A stretch of DNA of 64,000 nt from NCBI GenBank assembly GCA_963836205.1, contig CAWIIV010000017.1:1-64000 (forward strand), given 5' to 3'. Position 1 is the stretch's first letter. Each line of letters opens with the position of its first letter. Below the pieces are notes generated by a model. The model saw nothing but the letters and a program-made list of their open reading frames with translations, did no database searches and was not told the DNA's origin. The position numbers and the translations under genes are program-made. Positions 22,016 to 31,660 of the stretch are shown piece by piece. Source of the stretch: an uncultured Acidimicrobiia bacterium. Lineage in GTDB: Bacteria; Actinomycetota; Acidimicrobiia; Acidimicrobiales; AC-14.

Positions 22016-22888
22016 TCAGGGTAGGCGGAAGCTGTCTCGGTCGCTGACGGCCAGTCCGTCGGCCACGAGGCCCGTCGCCACCCGCTGGGCCCGCGCCGGG
22101 TCGCCGGGCCAACCGGTCGCCCTCGGGACGTCGGCCGCCGCCACCGGCCCCAGGCGGAGAGCGTCGACCAGGCGGCCCCGTCCCTGGCGGTCGGAGCCGG
22201 CGAACGTCGACTGGACGCCGCCGGTGCCGGCCGACCCGTCGGCGGGGTCGGGCGCCGTCCGCCCCCCGTCCGCCCACGAGCACCACGGCCGCAGCGGACA
22301 GTCGGCGCACGCCTGCACCCGCTTGGTGCACAGGGTGGCGCCCACGTCGAGGAGGGCCTGGTTCCACGCCCAGCCCTCGCCGGCGGGCACCAACCCGTCG
22401 GCCAACGCCTGGGCCTCGGCCCCGGCCAGCCGGCGGCCGGCGAAGGCCCGGGCCAGGACCCGGGCGGTGTTCACCTCCACCACGCCCACGTCGGCGCCGT
22501 AGGCGAAGGCCATCACGGCCCGGGCGGTGTACGGCCCCACGCCGGGCAGGTCCAACAACGCACTCAGGTCGGATGGCAACCGGCCACCGTGGCGGTCGAC
22601 CACTGCCGTCGCCGCCCGGTGCAGGTTCAGCGCCCGCCGGTTGTAGCCGAGGCCGGCCCACTCGGTGATGACGTCGGCTACGGGTGCGGCGGCGCAGGCG
22701 GCCGGCGTCGGGAAGAGCTCCAGGAAGCGGTAATACCGAGGTACGACCCGCGCCACCTGCGTCTGCTGGGTCATGACCTCGCTGACCAGCACCGCCCAGG
22801 GGTCCCTCGTCCGCCGCCACGGGAGGTCGCGCCGGTGACGCTCGCCCCACTCGAGGACCGCCTCCTGGGCGGACGTGCGGCCGGCCAC
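22016..22888 (-). CDS. mutY: A/G-specific adenine glycosylase
   Basis: RDLPWR, VSEVMTQQTQ, WAGLGYNRRA, LPGVGPYTA, C-x6-C-xx-C-x5-C cluster. Confidence 0.93.
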   Translation of the reverse strand: MAGRTSAQEAVLEWGERHRRDLPWRRTRDPWAVLVSEVMTQQTQVARVVPRYYRFLELFPTPAACAAAPVADVITEWAGLGYNRRALNLHRAATAVVDRHGGRLPSDLSALLDLPGVGPYTARAVMAFAYGADVGVVEVNTARVLARAFAGRRLAGAEAQALADGLVPAGEGWAWNQALLDVGATLCTKRVQACADCPLRPWCSWADGGRTAPDPADGSAGTGGVQSTFAGSDRQGRGRLVDALRLGPVAAADVPRATGWPGDPARAQRVATGLVADGLAVSDRDSFRLP

Positions 22889-22915
22889 CGGCCGGAGCGT
22901 AACGTCGGCGTCGGC

Positions 22916-23569
22916 ATGCTCGAGTTCGCCCTCCGCAACGACGTCTACCGCCGGCCGCTCATGACAGCCCTCGACCGCCTCGGGCTGCGCGAAGGATGGC
23001 TGTGCGTCGACGTCGGCGCCGGCCAGGGCGACGTGAGCGTGGCCCTGGCCGAGGTCGTCGGGCGGGACGGCCGGGTCTACGCCGTCGACAGCGACCCCCG
23101 GGCCCGGGACGCGGCCGCCGCCGCGGCCGCCGCCGCCGGCCAGGGCCAGGTCGTCGCCATCACCCAGGCGGCCGAGGACCTCCTCCTCCCCGAGCCGGTC
23201 GACCTCGCCTTCTGCCGGTTCGTCCTCATGCACGTCCACGACCCCGCCGTCGTGCTCGGGCGCATGGGCGCCGCCGTCCGCCCCGGGGGATGGGTCGTCG
23301 CCCAGGAGCCGATCACGTCGGCGGGGAGGGTCGGGGGCCGGCCGCTGTCGATGCCCGACGCCCGCCATCCCGACGTCGGCGCCGACCTACCCACCCTGGC
23401 CCTGGCCGCGGGGCTGGAGGTGCTGGACGCGTGGGCCGAGTCCCAGGCCGGCGCCGGCCCCGGCCCGGTGGCCGACTACCTGGCCTCCCTCACGGGGGTC
23501 CATCCGGGCGACGACGCAGTGGTCCTCCCGCCCCTGGTCACGGTCGTGGCCCGGCGGCCCCTCCACTGA
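22916..23569 (+). CDS. Class I SAM-dependent methyltransferase
   Basis: VDVGAGQG, AVDSD, RFVLMHV, RPGG. Confidence 0.85.
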   Translation: MLEFALRNDVYRRPLMTALDRLGLREGWLCVDVGAGQGDVSVALAEVVGRDGRVYAVDSDPRARDAAAAAAAAAGQGQVVAITQAAEDLLLPEPVDLAFCRFVLMHVHDPAVVLGRMGAAVRPGGWVVAQEPITSAGRVGGRPLSMPDARHPDVGADLPTLALAAGLEVLDAWAESQAGAGPGPVADYLASLTGVHPGDDAVVLPPLVTVVARRPLH

Positions 23570-23633
23570 CCGGCCCGCCGCGCCATACTGCTGAGCCGAT
23601 GGGACTGGGGCACATAACACAGGGACGGCGGAC

Positions 23634-24434
23634 GTGAGCGACTGGCTGCTGGAGGCCGACGGCCTGCGCAAGGCCTACGCCGCCGGCCGTCACGCGGTGG
23701 CCGACGCGGTGCGCGACGTGAGCATCAGCATCCGTCCCGGCGAGAACGTCGGCCTGGTGGGCGATGTCGGGGCCGGCAAGAGCACCGTCGCCCGCATGCT
23801 CACCGGGTTCCTGGCCCCCGACAGTGGTTCGGTCCGGATCGAGGGGGCCGAGGTGGCCACCCTCGGGCGCAAGGACCTGCTGGCCCTGCCCAGCCGCGTC
23901 CACCTCATCCCCCAGGACATCGACACCGTCGCCCCGCCGAAGGCCAGGGTCGGCAAGGTCATCGAGGAGCCCCTCGACTGGGTCAAGACCGGCTCCGACC
24001 TGCGCCGGCCGCTGGTGCTGGCCGCCCTGACCGCAGTCAACCTCCCGGCCGAGCAGGCGATGGGCCTGCGGATCTCGGCCCTGGCCGCCTCCGACCGGGC
24101 TCGGGTGGCGCTGGCCCGGGCCCTGATCCTGCGCCCCAAGCTGGTTGTCGCCGACGACCTCATCGGTCCCCTCGACCCGACCTCGGCCGCCGACATCGTC
24201 CAGCTCATGGCCGAGTTGGGGATCCTCCACGGCGTGGGCTACCTGTTCGTCACCCGCGACCTGGGCCTGGCCGAGTTCCTCTGCGACCGGCTGGTGGTGC
24301 TGCACGAGGGGCGGATCGTCGACCAGGGCCAGACCGACCAGGTGATGGCCCGGCCCCTCCATCCCCGTTCAGCCGAGTTGGTGGAGGCCGCCCGCCGCCA
24401 GCGCCACCCCGAGTCCGAGGCCGACACCGGCTAA
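23634..24434 (+). CDS. OppF/DppF-like ABC ATPase with degenerate motifs
   Basis: GDVGAGKS intact; signature LAASD, Walker B VVADD, H-loop VTRD; PLHP tail. Confidence 0.8.
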   Translation: MSDWLLEADGLRKAYAAGRHAVADAVRDVSISIRPGENVGLVGDVGAGKSTVARMLTGFLAPDSGSVRIEGAEVATLGRKDLLALPSRVHLIPQDIDTVAPPKARVGKVIEEPLDWVKTGSDLRRPLVLAALTAVNLPAEQAMGLRISALAASDRARVALARALILRPKLVVADDLIGPLDPTSAADIVQLMAELGILHGVGYLFVTRDLGLAEFLCDRLVVLHEGRIVDQGQTDQVMARPLHPRSAELVEAARRQRHPESEADTG

Positions 24435-24679
24435 GGCCCACGCTCCCGCTTGCCCGACCGCCACCAGCCGAGAGCCAGGCCGGCCGCCCCGGCGGCGTTG
24501 ATGGCCGCCGGGAGAGCGCGGTTGCCCAGGAGGTAGCCGACGACAATGGCGGCCATGCCCGCCATGAGGACGGCGAACCAATGGCGGCGGCGCTCGGCGA
24601 GGACCGCCCGTATCCGGACGATGACCGGCAGCGCGGCCGCGTACCCGAGCACGAGAAGCACCGCCCCGAGCAGGTCCAC
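24431..24679 (-). CDS. Small membrane protein
   Basis: 82 aa with three hydrophobic segments, GTG start. Confidence 0.6.
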   Translation of the reverse strand: MDLLGAVLLVLGYAAALPVIVRIRAVLAERRRHWFAVLMAGMAAIVVGYLLGNRALPAAINAAGAAGLALGWWRSGKRERGP

Positions 24680-24815
24680 GGACGCCGTCCCTACCGGCGG
24701 ACCACGGCCAGCAGGCTCGCGTACGACCCGACGAGCATGGTCCAGAGCAGGTCCACGGACGCCGTCTCTACCGGTGGACCGCGGCCAGCAGGCTCGCGTA
24801 TGAGCGGACGAGCAG
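24668..24815. repeat. Tandem duplication with 77-bp period spanning a stop-start junction
   Basis: GAGCAGGTCCACGGACGCCGTC...GGCCAGCAGGCTCGCGTA at 24668 and 24745. Confidence 0.85.
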
Positions 24816-25370
24816 GGCCCGTTCCTCGGCCACGAGCGGGCTCTCCAGGAGGCAGCCCTCGGCCACCCAGCGGTCGGACACGTCCATGGCCCGGGCCCGG
24901 AGGTCGGCCGCGGGCCGCACCTCGGCCGGCGGGCAGCGGTAGACGAAGGCGTACAGGGCGGCGAGGGAGTCGACAAGGGCGTCGGCCGGATCGTCGCTCC
25001 CCGCGTGCTGGTGCTCACGGTGAACCCGCCACCACTCGACCTCCAGCCGGGCCGCCTCCACTGTGTCGAGCGTCTCCCCCGAGTCGGCCGCCACCAGCCG
25101 GTAGAAGCGCTCCATGCACCGGCGGGCGCGGTCAGGGTCGTTGACCGGCTCCCTCGCCCACAGCTGGTTGGCCCGCAGCACGAGCCACGCCCCGTGGACG
25201 GTGCGGTCGCACCGCATCCGGAACCCGGCCCGCACCAGGCCGACCGACGCCAGCAGCATCCGGCCCCACTCCCGGCGGTAGTACGTGACCCACGCCCGGC
25301 ACTCGTACGCCCCCACCCGGTTGGGGACGAAGGACCGGGCAGGCACCGGGCGGTCGGCGGCCACCGTCAA
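24768..25370 (-). CDS. Conserved hypothetical protein
   Basis: GC3-biased ORF; AWVTYYRR, AARLEVEWW, SYASL. Confidence 0.7.
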   Translation of the reverse strand: MTVAADRPVPARSFVPNRVGAYECRAWVTYYRREWGRMLLASVGLVRAGFRMRCDRTVHGAWLVLRANQLWAREPVNDPDRARRCMERFYRLVAADSGETLDTVEAARLEVEWWRVHREHQHAGSDDPADALVDSLAALYAFVYRCPPAEVRPAADLRARAMDVSDRWVAEGCLLESPLVAEERALLVRSYASLLAAVHR

Positions 25371-25395
25371 CCCACGCCGATCAGATCTCGGCCCA

Positions 25396-26082
25396 TCAGA
25401 TCTCGACCGTGAGGTCCCGCCAGTAGAACCACATCGTCCGCCACCGGACCACGCCCGTCACCGGCAGCCCGATCAGGTGCCAGAACATTCGCCACGTCTC
25501 CCGGTAGCCGGTGCGGCGGCCGAGCTTGTCGCGCTTGGTGCGGTGGTTGACGCCGTGGAGGATGCGGGCCGTTGTCGGGAAGTGCCCCTCGGCGATGACC
25601 TCGTTGATCATGACCTCGATCGAGTAGCCCTGGCGCTTGTGGGGAGGGACGGCGTCCCACACCCACCGGGGCACCAGCCGCTCGCCGGTGGTCGGTGCCA
25701 GCCGCAGCACCAGCGGATTCCACAGCCCGTAGTCGAACCACCCCACCGACAGGGTGGCCCGGCCCTCCACGTAGGGCCGGCAGATCCCGTCCAGGTGGGC
25801 GGCGGTGAGGCCGACCAGGTCGGCGTCGCAGAAGAGGAAGGCGTCGGCGTCGCTCGCCTCCACCCCCGCCTCCAGGGCATGGGCCTTCGACCCGGTCCCC
25901 TCCCGGCGGACGACCTTGGCCCCCGCGGCCGTGGCTGCGTCGCCGGTGCCGTCGGTAGACCCGTCGTCCACCACCAGCACCTCCCGGGCGAACCGGCAGC
26001 CGCGGGCGGCCTCCACCACGCTCGCCACCGTCGGCGCCTCGTTCCGGGCCGGGATGACGATGTCGATCACCGGACGGGTCAC
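25396..26082 (-). CDS. Glycosyltransferase family 2
   Basis: IPARNE, VDDGSTD, FCDADL, GER. Confidence 0.88.
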   Translation of the reverse strand: MTRPVIDIVIPARNEAPTVASVVEAARGCRFAREVLVVDDGSTDGTGDAATAAGAKVVRREGTGSKAHALEAGVEASDADAFLFCDADLVGLTAAHLDGICRPYVEGRATLSVGWFDYGLWNPLVLRLAPTTGERLVPRWVWDAVPPHKRQGYSIEVMINEVIAEGHFPTTARILHGVNHRTKRDKLGRRTGYRETWRMFWHLIGLPVTGVVRWRTMWFYWRDLTVEI

Positions 26083-26093
26083 GGCCGGAGGCG

Positions 26094-26792
26094 TCAACCG
26101 AGCTGGGCGCGCAGGAACTCGAGGGTGCGGACCCACGCCACCCGGGCCGCATCCTCGTCGAAGACCTCGGGACGGGTGTCGTTGAAGAAGGCGTGGTGAG
26201 TCCCCGGGTAGAGGAACGTCTTCACGCTCTTGCCCAGGTCGGTGAGCGTGGCCTCCAACTTCTCCACCGCCGGCGGGCCGGCCATGTCGTCGTCCTCCGC
26301 GTAGTGGCCCTCCACTGCTCCTGCCAGGCGGGAGTAGTCGGGCTGGACGGCGTCCCACGGGATGAGGCCGTAGAACGGCACCGCCGCCGCGACCACGTCG
26401 GGGCGCAGGGTGGCCAGCCACAGGGCAAGGCCGCCGCCGATGCAGAACCCGACCACGCCGACCGTCTTCCCCCGTGTCGACGGGTGCTCGAGGAGGAAGT
26501 CGACCACCGCCGAGAGCTCCGCCGCCGCCCGTCCGGTGTCGAGGGCCTTGGCCGACCGGGCCGCCTCGTCGGGCTCCTTGAGGGGGACGACCTTTCCGTC
26601 GTAGAGGTCGGGTGCCACGGCCGTGAAGCCCTCGGCCGCGAACCGGTCGCAGACGTCCTTGATGTGGTCGTCGACGCCCCACCACTCCTGGATCACCACC
26701 AGGGCCAGGCCCGCCCCCTCGTGGGCCGGGGCCAGGTAGCCGCGACCGCGGCCGGAACCGCCGTCGACCGGGAACTCGACCATGTCACCCAT
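26094..26792 (-). CDS. Dienelactone hydrolase family protein
   Basis: IQEWWG, APDLY, GFCIGG, HAFFND. Confidence 0.92.
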   Translation of the reverse strand: MGDMVEFPVDGGSGRGRGYLAPAHEGAGLALVVIQEWWGVDDHIKDVCDRFAAEGFTAVAPDLYDGKVVPLKEPDEAARSAKALDTGRAAAELSAVVDFLLEHPSTRGKTVGVVGFCIGGGLALWLATLRPDVVAAAVPFYGLIPWDAVQPDYSRLAGAVEGHYAEDDDMAGPPAVEKLEATLTDLGKSVKTFLYPGTHHAFFNDTRPEVFDEDAARVAWVRTLEFLRAQLG

Positions 26793-26837
26793 TCGGGTCA
26801 CCCATTGAGGGGGAAGCTACCCGCGCTACCGCGCCTC

Positions 26838-27632
26838 TTACCGCCGGGTGAGCTCGGAGACGGCCACGCACCCGGCCCGGGCCAGGGCCTGGTCGAGGGT
26901 CTCGGGCCCGGTGGGCCCCACGATCACGTCGACGAGATCGATCGGCACCCGCTCCGACGGCCGGGCCCAGGGCTCCGGCACCTGGTCGAGACGGGCGGCG
27001 AGCGCCGCCCACAGCCCCTCGGGCAGGACCCGACCCACGCCCGCCACCGCCCACACGGGGACGCCGGCGTGGGTGGCCACCGCGGCCGCGGCCCGGGACC
27101 CGGCCATCGCCACCAGCCCGTCGGGGCCGAGGGCGTCGGCCTCCAGCAGGACCACATCGCTGGCCAGCACCGCCGCCCCCAGGCCGGACTCGGCCACCGC
27201 GGCCACGTCGGCCCCCTCCTCGTCGAGCTCGTAGAGCAGGCGCCCGCCCTCGCCCCGGGCGTCGACCACGAGCACCCGGACGTCGCCCCGCCGGGCCAGC
27301 GCCCATCCCGCCTGCCGGGGCGAGCCGAGGACGGTGACGGTGGCGGCCGCGGGCAGGGCGTCGGCGAGGGACCGGGGGGTGGGGTCGTGGCGTAACTCGT
27401 CGGCCGCCCGCCAGGCCTCGTTGGGCGGGTCGGCCGCGGCCAGCACCCGGGCCGCCAGCCACCAGAGAGGCCCGCACCCCGGCTGGCGGTCGACCAGCCG
27501 CCGGCACGCCGTCACCACCGCCGCCGGCTCGCCCGCGATGGCCGCCAGCGCCGACGCCGCCTGCCTGGCCACCAGCCCCGGATCCTCGCCTCCCGCCCGG
27601 GCCGCCATCCGCAGCCGCTCGAACGGGTGCAC
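26838..27632 (-). CDS. IF-2B (eIF-2B/isomerase)-like hypothetical protein
   Basis: MHPFERLR; SDVVLLEADALGPDG...GSRAAA...VPVW resembles the IF-2B C-terminal fold. Confidence 0.55.
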   Translation of the reverse strand: MHPFERLRMAARAGGEDPGLVARQAASALAAIAGEPAAVVTACRRLVDRQPGCGPLWWLAARVLAAADPPNEAWRAADELRHDPTPRSLADALPAAATVTVLGSPRQAGWALARRGDVRVLVVDARGEGGRLLYELDEEGADVAAVAESGLGAAVLASDVVLLEADALGPDGLVAMAGSRAAAAVATHAGVPVWAVAGVGRVLPEGLWAALAARLDQVPEPWARPSERVPIDLVDVIVGPTGPETLDQALARAGCVAVSELTRR

Positions 27633-27680
27633 CGTCAGATCCGGCCCAGACAGATCCGGCGGGGACTGGTCACGACGGGC

Positions 27681-28169
27681 TCACGGGAAGCCGGGCTTGA
27701 ACACCATCAGCACGACGATGGCCGCCGTGATCAGGTTGAGGAGGCCACCCGCCATCCCCGCCTTGGTGCCCAGCCTGTCGAGCTCCCCGGCCGAGGCCTC
27801 CGACCCGCCCCCGGTCTCCTGGAGGATGGCGTTGATGCGGCGGACGGTCGGGAGGTGGAGGGCGTGGAAGATCCCGATGGCCGCGATGTAGAGGACGAAC
27901 GACAGCGACACCCACAGCTGGCTGAAGGCGAAGACGTCCTCGCTCACCAGGACGAGCACGATGCCGAGCACCGGCACCGCGTAGATGAACCATTCGGAGA
28001 ACGTGTAGGCCTTGTCGACCACCTCGCCGATGGCCGCCCCTTCCCGCCCTTTCCTGGCCGCCGCCTGGGCCCCGAAGTAGCCGGTGACCACCACGCCACC
28101 GAAGCCGATGATGGCGGTGACGAGGTGCAGCACCAACACGACCTTGTAGATCCCGCTGTCCGGTCCCAT
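27681..28169 (-). CDS. DUF2269-like membrane protein
   Basis: LHLVTAIIGFG, FSQLWV, LMVFKPG. Confidence 0.75.
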   Translation of the reverse strand: MGPDSGIYKVVLVLHLVTAIIGFGGVVVTGYFGAQAAARKGREGAAIGEVVDKAYTFSEWFIYAVPVLGIVLVLVSEDVFAFSQLWVSLSFVLYIAAIGIFHALHLPTVRRINAILQETGGGSEASAGELDRLGTKAGMAGGLLNLITAAIVVLMVFKPGFP

Positions 28170-28233
28170 GCGGCCCCCTCCGACGAGCCGACCAGGCTCG
28201 CTGTGCCGAAGATAGCTGGGGTACCGTCCCGCC

Positions 28234-28731
28234 GTGGCCACCAACCCCCCGCCCACCCTGGTGCTCTCCGCCCTCAACGGCCGGACCCACACCGTCCGCG
28301 AGTGGTTGACCACCTTCCACCTGCTGTTCGTGGCCATCGGCACCCGCGGCCCGAGCGAGTGGATCGTCCCCACCGCCCGCCGGGTGCTCTACGACTACGA
28401 GCAGGCCGACTGCCGGGTGGCGTGGCTGGTGGCGGGGGAAGAGGGCGACGCCCGCCGCCTGCTGGGCTCGAAGGCCGCCCTCGACGACCTCGTCTTCCTC
28501 GACCCCGACCTCAAGGCGATACGGGCCTTCGGCCTGTCCACCCTGCCCGCCATCGTCCACCTGGGCATCGACGGCACCGTGGTCAACGCGGTCGAGGGGT
28601 GGGACCCCATGGCCTGGCGGGCGCTCACCACCGAGCTCTCCCGGCAGGTGGGCTGGAGCCGTCCACAGCTGCCCGGTCCCAAGGACCCCGGCCCGTTCAA
28701 GGGTGCCCCGCTGCCGGCCCGCGCCGGCTGA
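28234..28731 (+). CDS. Thioredoxin-fold (peroxiredoxin-like) protein
   Basis: DPDLKAIRAFGLSTLPAIV, VEGWD. Confidence 0.65.
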   Translation: MATNPPPTLVLSALNGRTHTVREWLTTFHLLFVAIGTRGPSEWIVPTARRVLYDYEQADCRVAWLVAGEEGDARRLLGSKAALDDLVFLDPDLKAIRAFGLSTLPAIVHLGIDGTVVNAVEGWDPMAWRALTTELSRQVGWSRPQLPGPKDPGPFKGAPLPARAG

Positions 28732-28737
28732 GGGGGG

Positions 28738-28938
28738 TCAAGCCAAGCGGCGGGCCTCGGCGGCGGGGTCGCTGGTGAGCGAGAGGGCGGCGAGGACAAG
28801 TATCGACGTGGGCGCGTTCCGCAACTCGCCCAGGACCCACGTCGAGCGGTCGACCGCCTCGAGGGCGTCGACCATCGACCGGGGCCCGACACGACGGCGC
28901 CGCAACTCCGACGCCAGCATGGCCGCCTCCACCTGCAT
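28738..28938 (-). CDS. Small hypothetical protein
   Basis: GGAGG RBS followed by ATG, 66 aa. Confidence 0.5.
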   Translation of the reverse strand: MQVEAAMLASELRRRRVGPRSMVDALEAVDRSTWVLGELRNAPTSILVLAALSLTSDPAAEARRLA

Positions 28939-29064
28939 CCGCTGCCTCCCTCTTCCTTGCCTCCCAACCCTCGCCCCTCGGGCCTGTGGAGCACAAGACC
29001 GCAAAACCTGGGCACAACTCGCCTCCGAGGGGGGTCGGGTGGGGAAAACCGCAGGTGGGGCGGG

Positions 29065-30445
29065 TCAGCGGGCGATGCCACCCCTCGTCATGGCGTCGAC
29101 GTCGAGGACGCGGTCGACGTCGGCCGCGGCCATCAGTCCCCGCTCGACGACGACGTCGCGCAGGGTGCGGTGCTCGGCCAGGGCCTGGCGCACGACGGCC
29201 GCCGCCTCCTCGTACCCGAGGTGGGGGACAAGGGCGGTGGCCAGGGCGGGGGACGACTCCGCGTACCGGCGGCAACGGGCCTCGTCGGCCTGCATCTCGG
29301 CCACGCACCGGTCGGCCAGCACCCGGGCGGCGGCGGCCAGCAGGCGGACCGACTCCAGCAGGTTGCGGGCCATCACCGGCACGGCCACGTTCAGCTCGAA
29401 CGACCCGGTGGTGCCGGCGAAGGCCACCGCGGCGTCGTTGCCGATGACCTGGGCCGCCACCTGCACCACCACCTCGGGGATGACGGGGTTGACCTTGCCC
29501 GGCATGATCGAGCTGCCCGGCTGGAGGTCGGGCAGGTGGACCTCGGCCAGCCCCGACGCCGGCCCGCTCGACATCCAGCGCAGGTCGTTGGCCATCTTCA
29601 CCAGGGACACGGCCACCGTCCGCAGCATCCCCGACGCCTCCACCAGGGCATCCCGTCCGCCCTGGGCCTCGAAGTGGTCACGGGCCTCCCGCAGGGGCAA
29701 CCCCGTCTCGCCGGCCAGGCGGGCGATGACGGCCGCTGCGAACCCGGGCGGGGCGTTGATCCCGGTGCCCACCGCGGTGCCCCCCAGGGCCAGCTCCCCC
29801 AGGCGGGGCAGGGTCGACTCCAGCCGCTCGATGCCGTGCTCCATGGCGGTGGCGTAGCCGCCCAACTCCTGGCCGAGCGTGACGGGCGTGGCGTCCATGA
29901 GGTGGGTGCGGCCGGCCTTGACGACGCCGGCCAGCTCGACCTGGCGCCGGCGGAGGACGTCGGCCAGGTGGCGGAGGGCGGGCACCAGGGTGGTGGCCAC
30001 CGCCGACACCGCGGCCAGGTGGACGGCCGACGGGAACACGTCGTTCGACGACTGCGACGCGTTGACCTGGTCATTGGGGTGGACGTGGCCGGCCCATGCG
30101 CTCGGCGGCGAGGCCCGCGATCACCTCGTTGGCGTTCATGTTCGACGACGTGCCGGATCCCGTCTGGAACACGTCGACCGGGAAGTGGGCGTCCCAGGTC
30201 CCGGCGGCCACCTCCTCGGCGGCACTGGCGATGGCGGCGGCCACGTCGGGCTCGACCACCCCCAGATCGGCGTTCACCGCCGCCGCCGCGGCCTTGATCC
30301 GGCCCAGGGCTCCGATCAGCTCCCTGCCGATGCCCTGCCCGGAGATGGGAAAGTTCTCCACCGCCCGCTGGGTGGACGCCCCCCACCGGGCTTCGGCCGG
30401 CACCTCGACGTCGCCCATCGAGTCGTGTTCCCGACGGGAGGCCAT
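29065..30445 (-). CDS. fumC: Class II fumarate hydratase, frameshift near 30090
   Basis: [46 protein letters not shown]. Confidence 0.92.
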
Positions 30446-30526
30446 AGGGAGGGGATTGTTGCACCCTCCCGGGACCGGGGTTAGGGTTCGGCGGAACCGA
30501 GGACCCCCCCGGCGTAAGTGAGGCTG

Positions 30527-31660
30527 ATGACCCCACGTCACCGAAGGCTGCTCGGCGTTTGCGTCGGGTTCGCGCTGCTGCTCCCACTGGTGGGGCAGCC
30601 ATTGGCGTCGGCCGCGCCCATCGACGACAAGCGAGCCGAAGCGGCCCGCCTCCAGGACGAGCTCGAAGCCCAGGGGGAACAGGTCAGCGTCCTCGCCGAG
30701 CGCTACAACCGGGCCCGCCTGAAGGTGGACGAGGTCGAGCAGAGCATCGTCCAGACCGAGGCCGACGTGGCCCGGTCCGACGAGCGCCTGAAGCTGGTCA
30801 AGGGTCGCCTGGCCGCGGCCGCGGTGGCCGCCTACATGCACGGCGGGGTGACGTCGTTCATCGGCAACATCGCCCGGTCCGACGGCAACAACATGATCGT
30901 GCGCCAGCAGTACCTGCGGGTCACCGCCTCCGACCAGCGCGAGATCCTCGGCGAGCTGCGCCTGGCCAAGGAGGACCTGTCCCTCCGGCGGGGCGAGCTC
31001 GACGCCGAGCGCAAGGCTGCTCGGGACGCGTCGGCCGACGCGGCCGACGCCAGCCACGAGGCGGAAGCGGCCCAGGCGGCCCAGGCCGCCCTCCTGTCGT
31101 CGGTGCAGGGCGACATCTCCGGGCTGGTGGCCGAGGAAGCCGCCCGCCGGGAGGCAGCCGACGCCGAGCAACGGCGCCTGGCGGCAGTGATCCCGCCCAC
31201 CGCCACCGCCAACGCCCCGGCCGCCGTCCGGCTGGCCGCACCTCCCCTGATCGAGGACGAAGAAGAGGCGGCCCTGCCGGCCACCCGCATCCTGCCGTCA
31301 TCGGGGCTGGGCGGCGTCGCCGTCGACCGGGCCATGACCCACCTGGGCAAGCCCTATGAGTACGGCGGGTCGGGCCCCGGCTCCTTCGACTGCTCGGGCC
31401 TCACCCAGGACGCCTGGGCCGCGGCGGGCGTGAGCCTGTCCCACGCGGCCGACATCCAGTACTACGAGAGCACCCGGGTCTCGGTCGACGAGGTCATCCC
31501 CGGCGACCTGCTCTTCTTCGGCGACTCGGTGGAGGGCATCCACCACGTCACCATGTACATCGGCGACGGGCAGATGATCGAGGCGTCCACCACCGGCACG
31601 CCCATCCGCATCCGGGGCTGGCGCTCGGGCGACCTGGTCGGAGCGGGCCGACCGGGCTGA
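30527..31660 (+). CDS. Secreted coiled-coil NlpC/P60 peptidoglycan hydrolase
   Basis: Signal peptide, coiled coil, GKPY...FDCSGL, HVTMYIG. Confidence 0.92.
   Translation: MTPRHRRLLGVCVGFALLLPLVGQPLASAAPIDDKRAEAARLQDELEAQGEQVSVLAERYNRARLKVDEVEQSIVQTEADVARSDERLKLVKGRLAAAAVAAYMHGGVTSFIGNIARSDGNNMIVRQQYLRVTASDQREILGELRLAKEDLSLRRGELDAERKAARDASADAADASHEAEAAQAAQAALLSSVQGDISGLVAEEAARREAADAEQRRLAAVIPPTATANAPAAVRLAAPPLIEDEEEAALPATRILPSSGLGGVAVDRAMTHLGKPYEYGGSGPGSFDCSGLTQDAWAAAGVSLSHAADIQYYESTRVSVDEVIPGDLLFFGDSVEGIHHVTMYIGDGQMIEASTTGTPIRIRGWRSGDLVGAGRPG

Noticed and set aside
28940-29064. Structured RNA in the fumC downstream intergenic region
   Set aside because: No convincing stem set or family consensus could be recognised by eye
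30446-30526. c-di-AMP riboswitch upstream of the NlpC/P60 gene
   Set aside because: Intergenic space is only about 80 nt and lacks recognisable consensus elements
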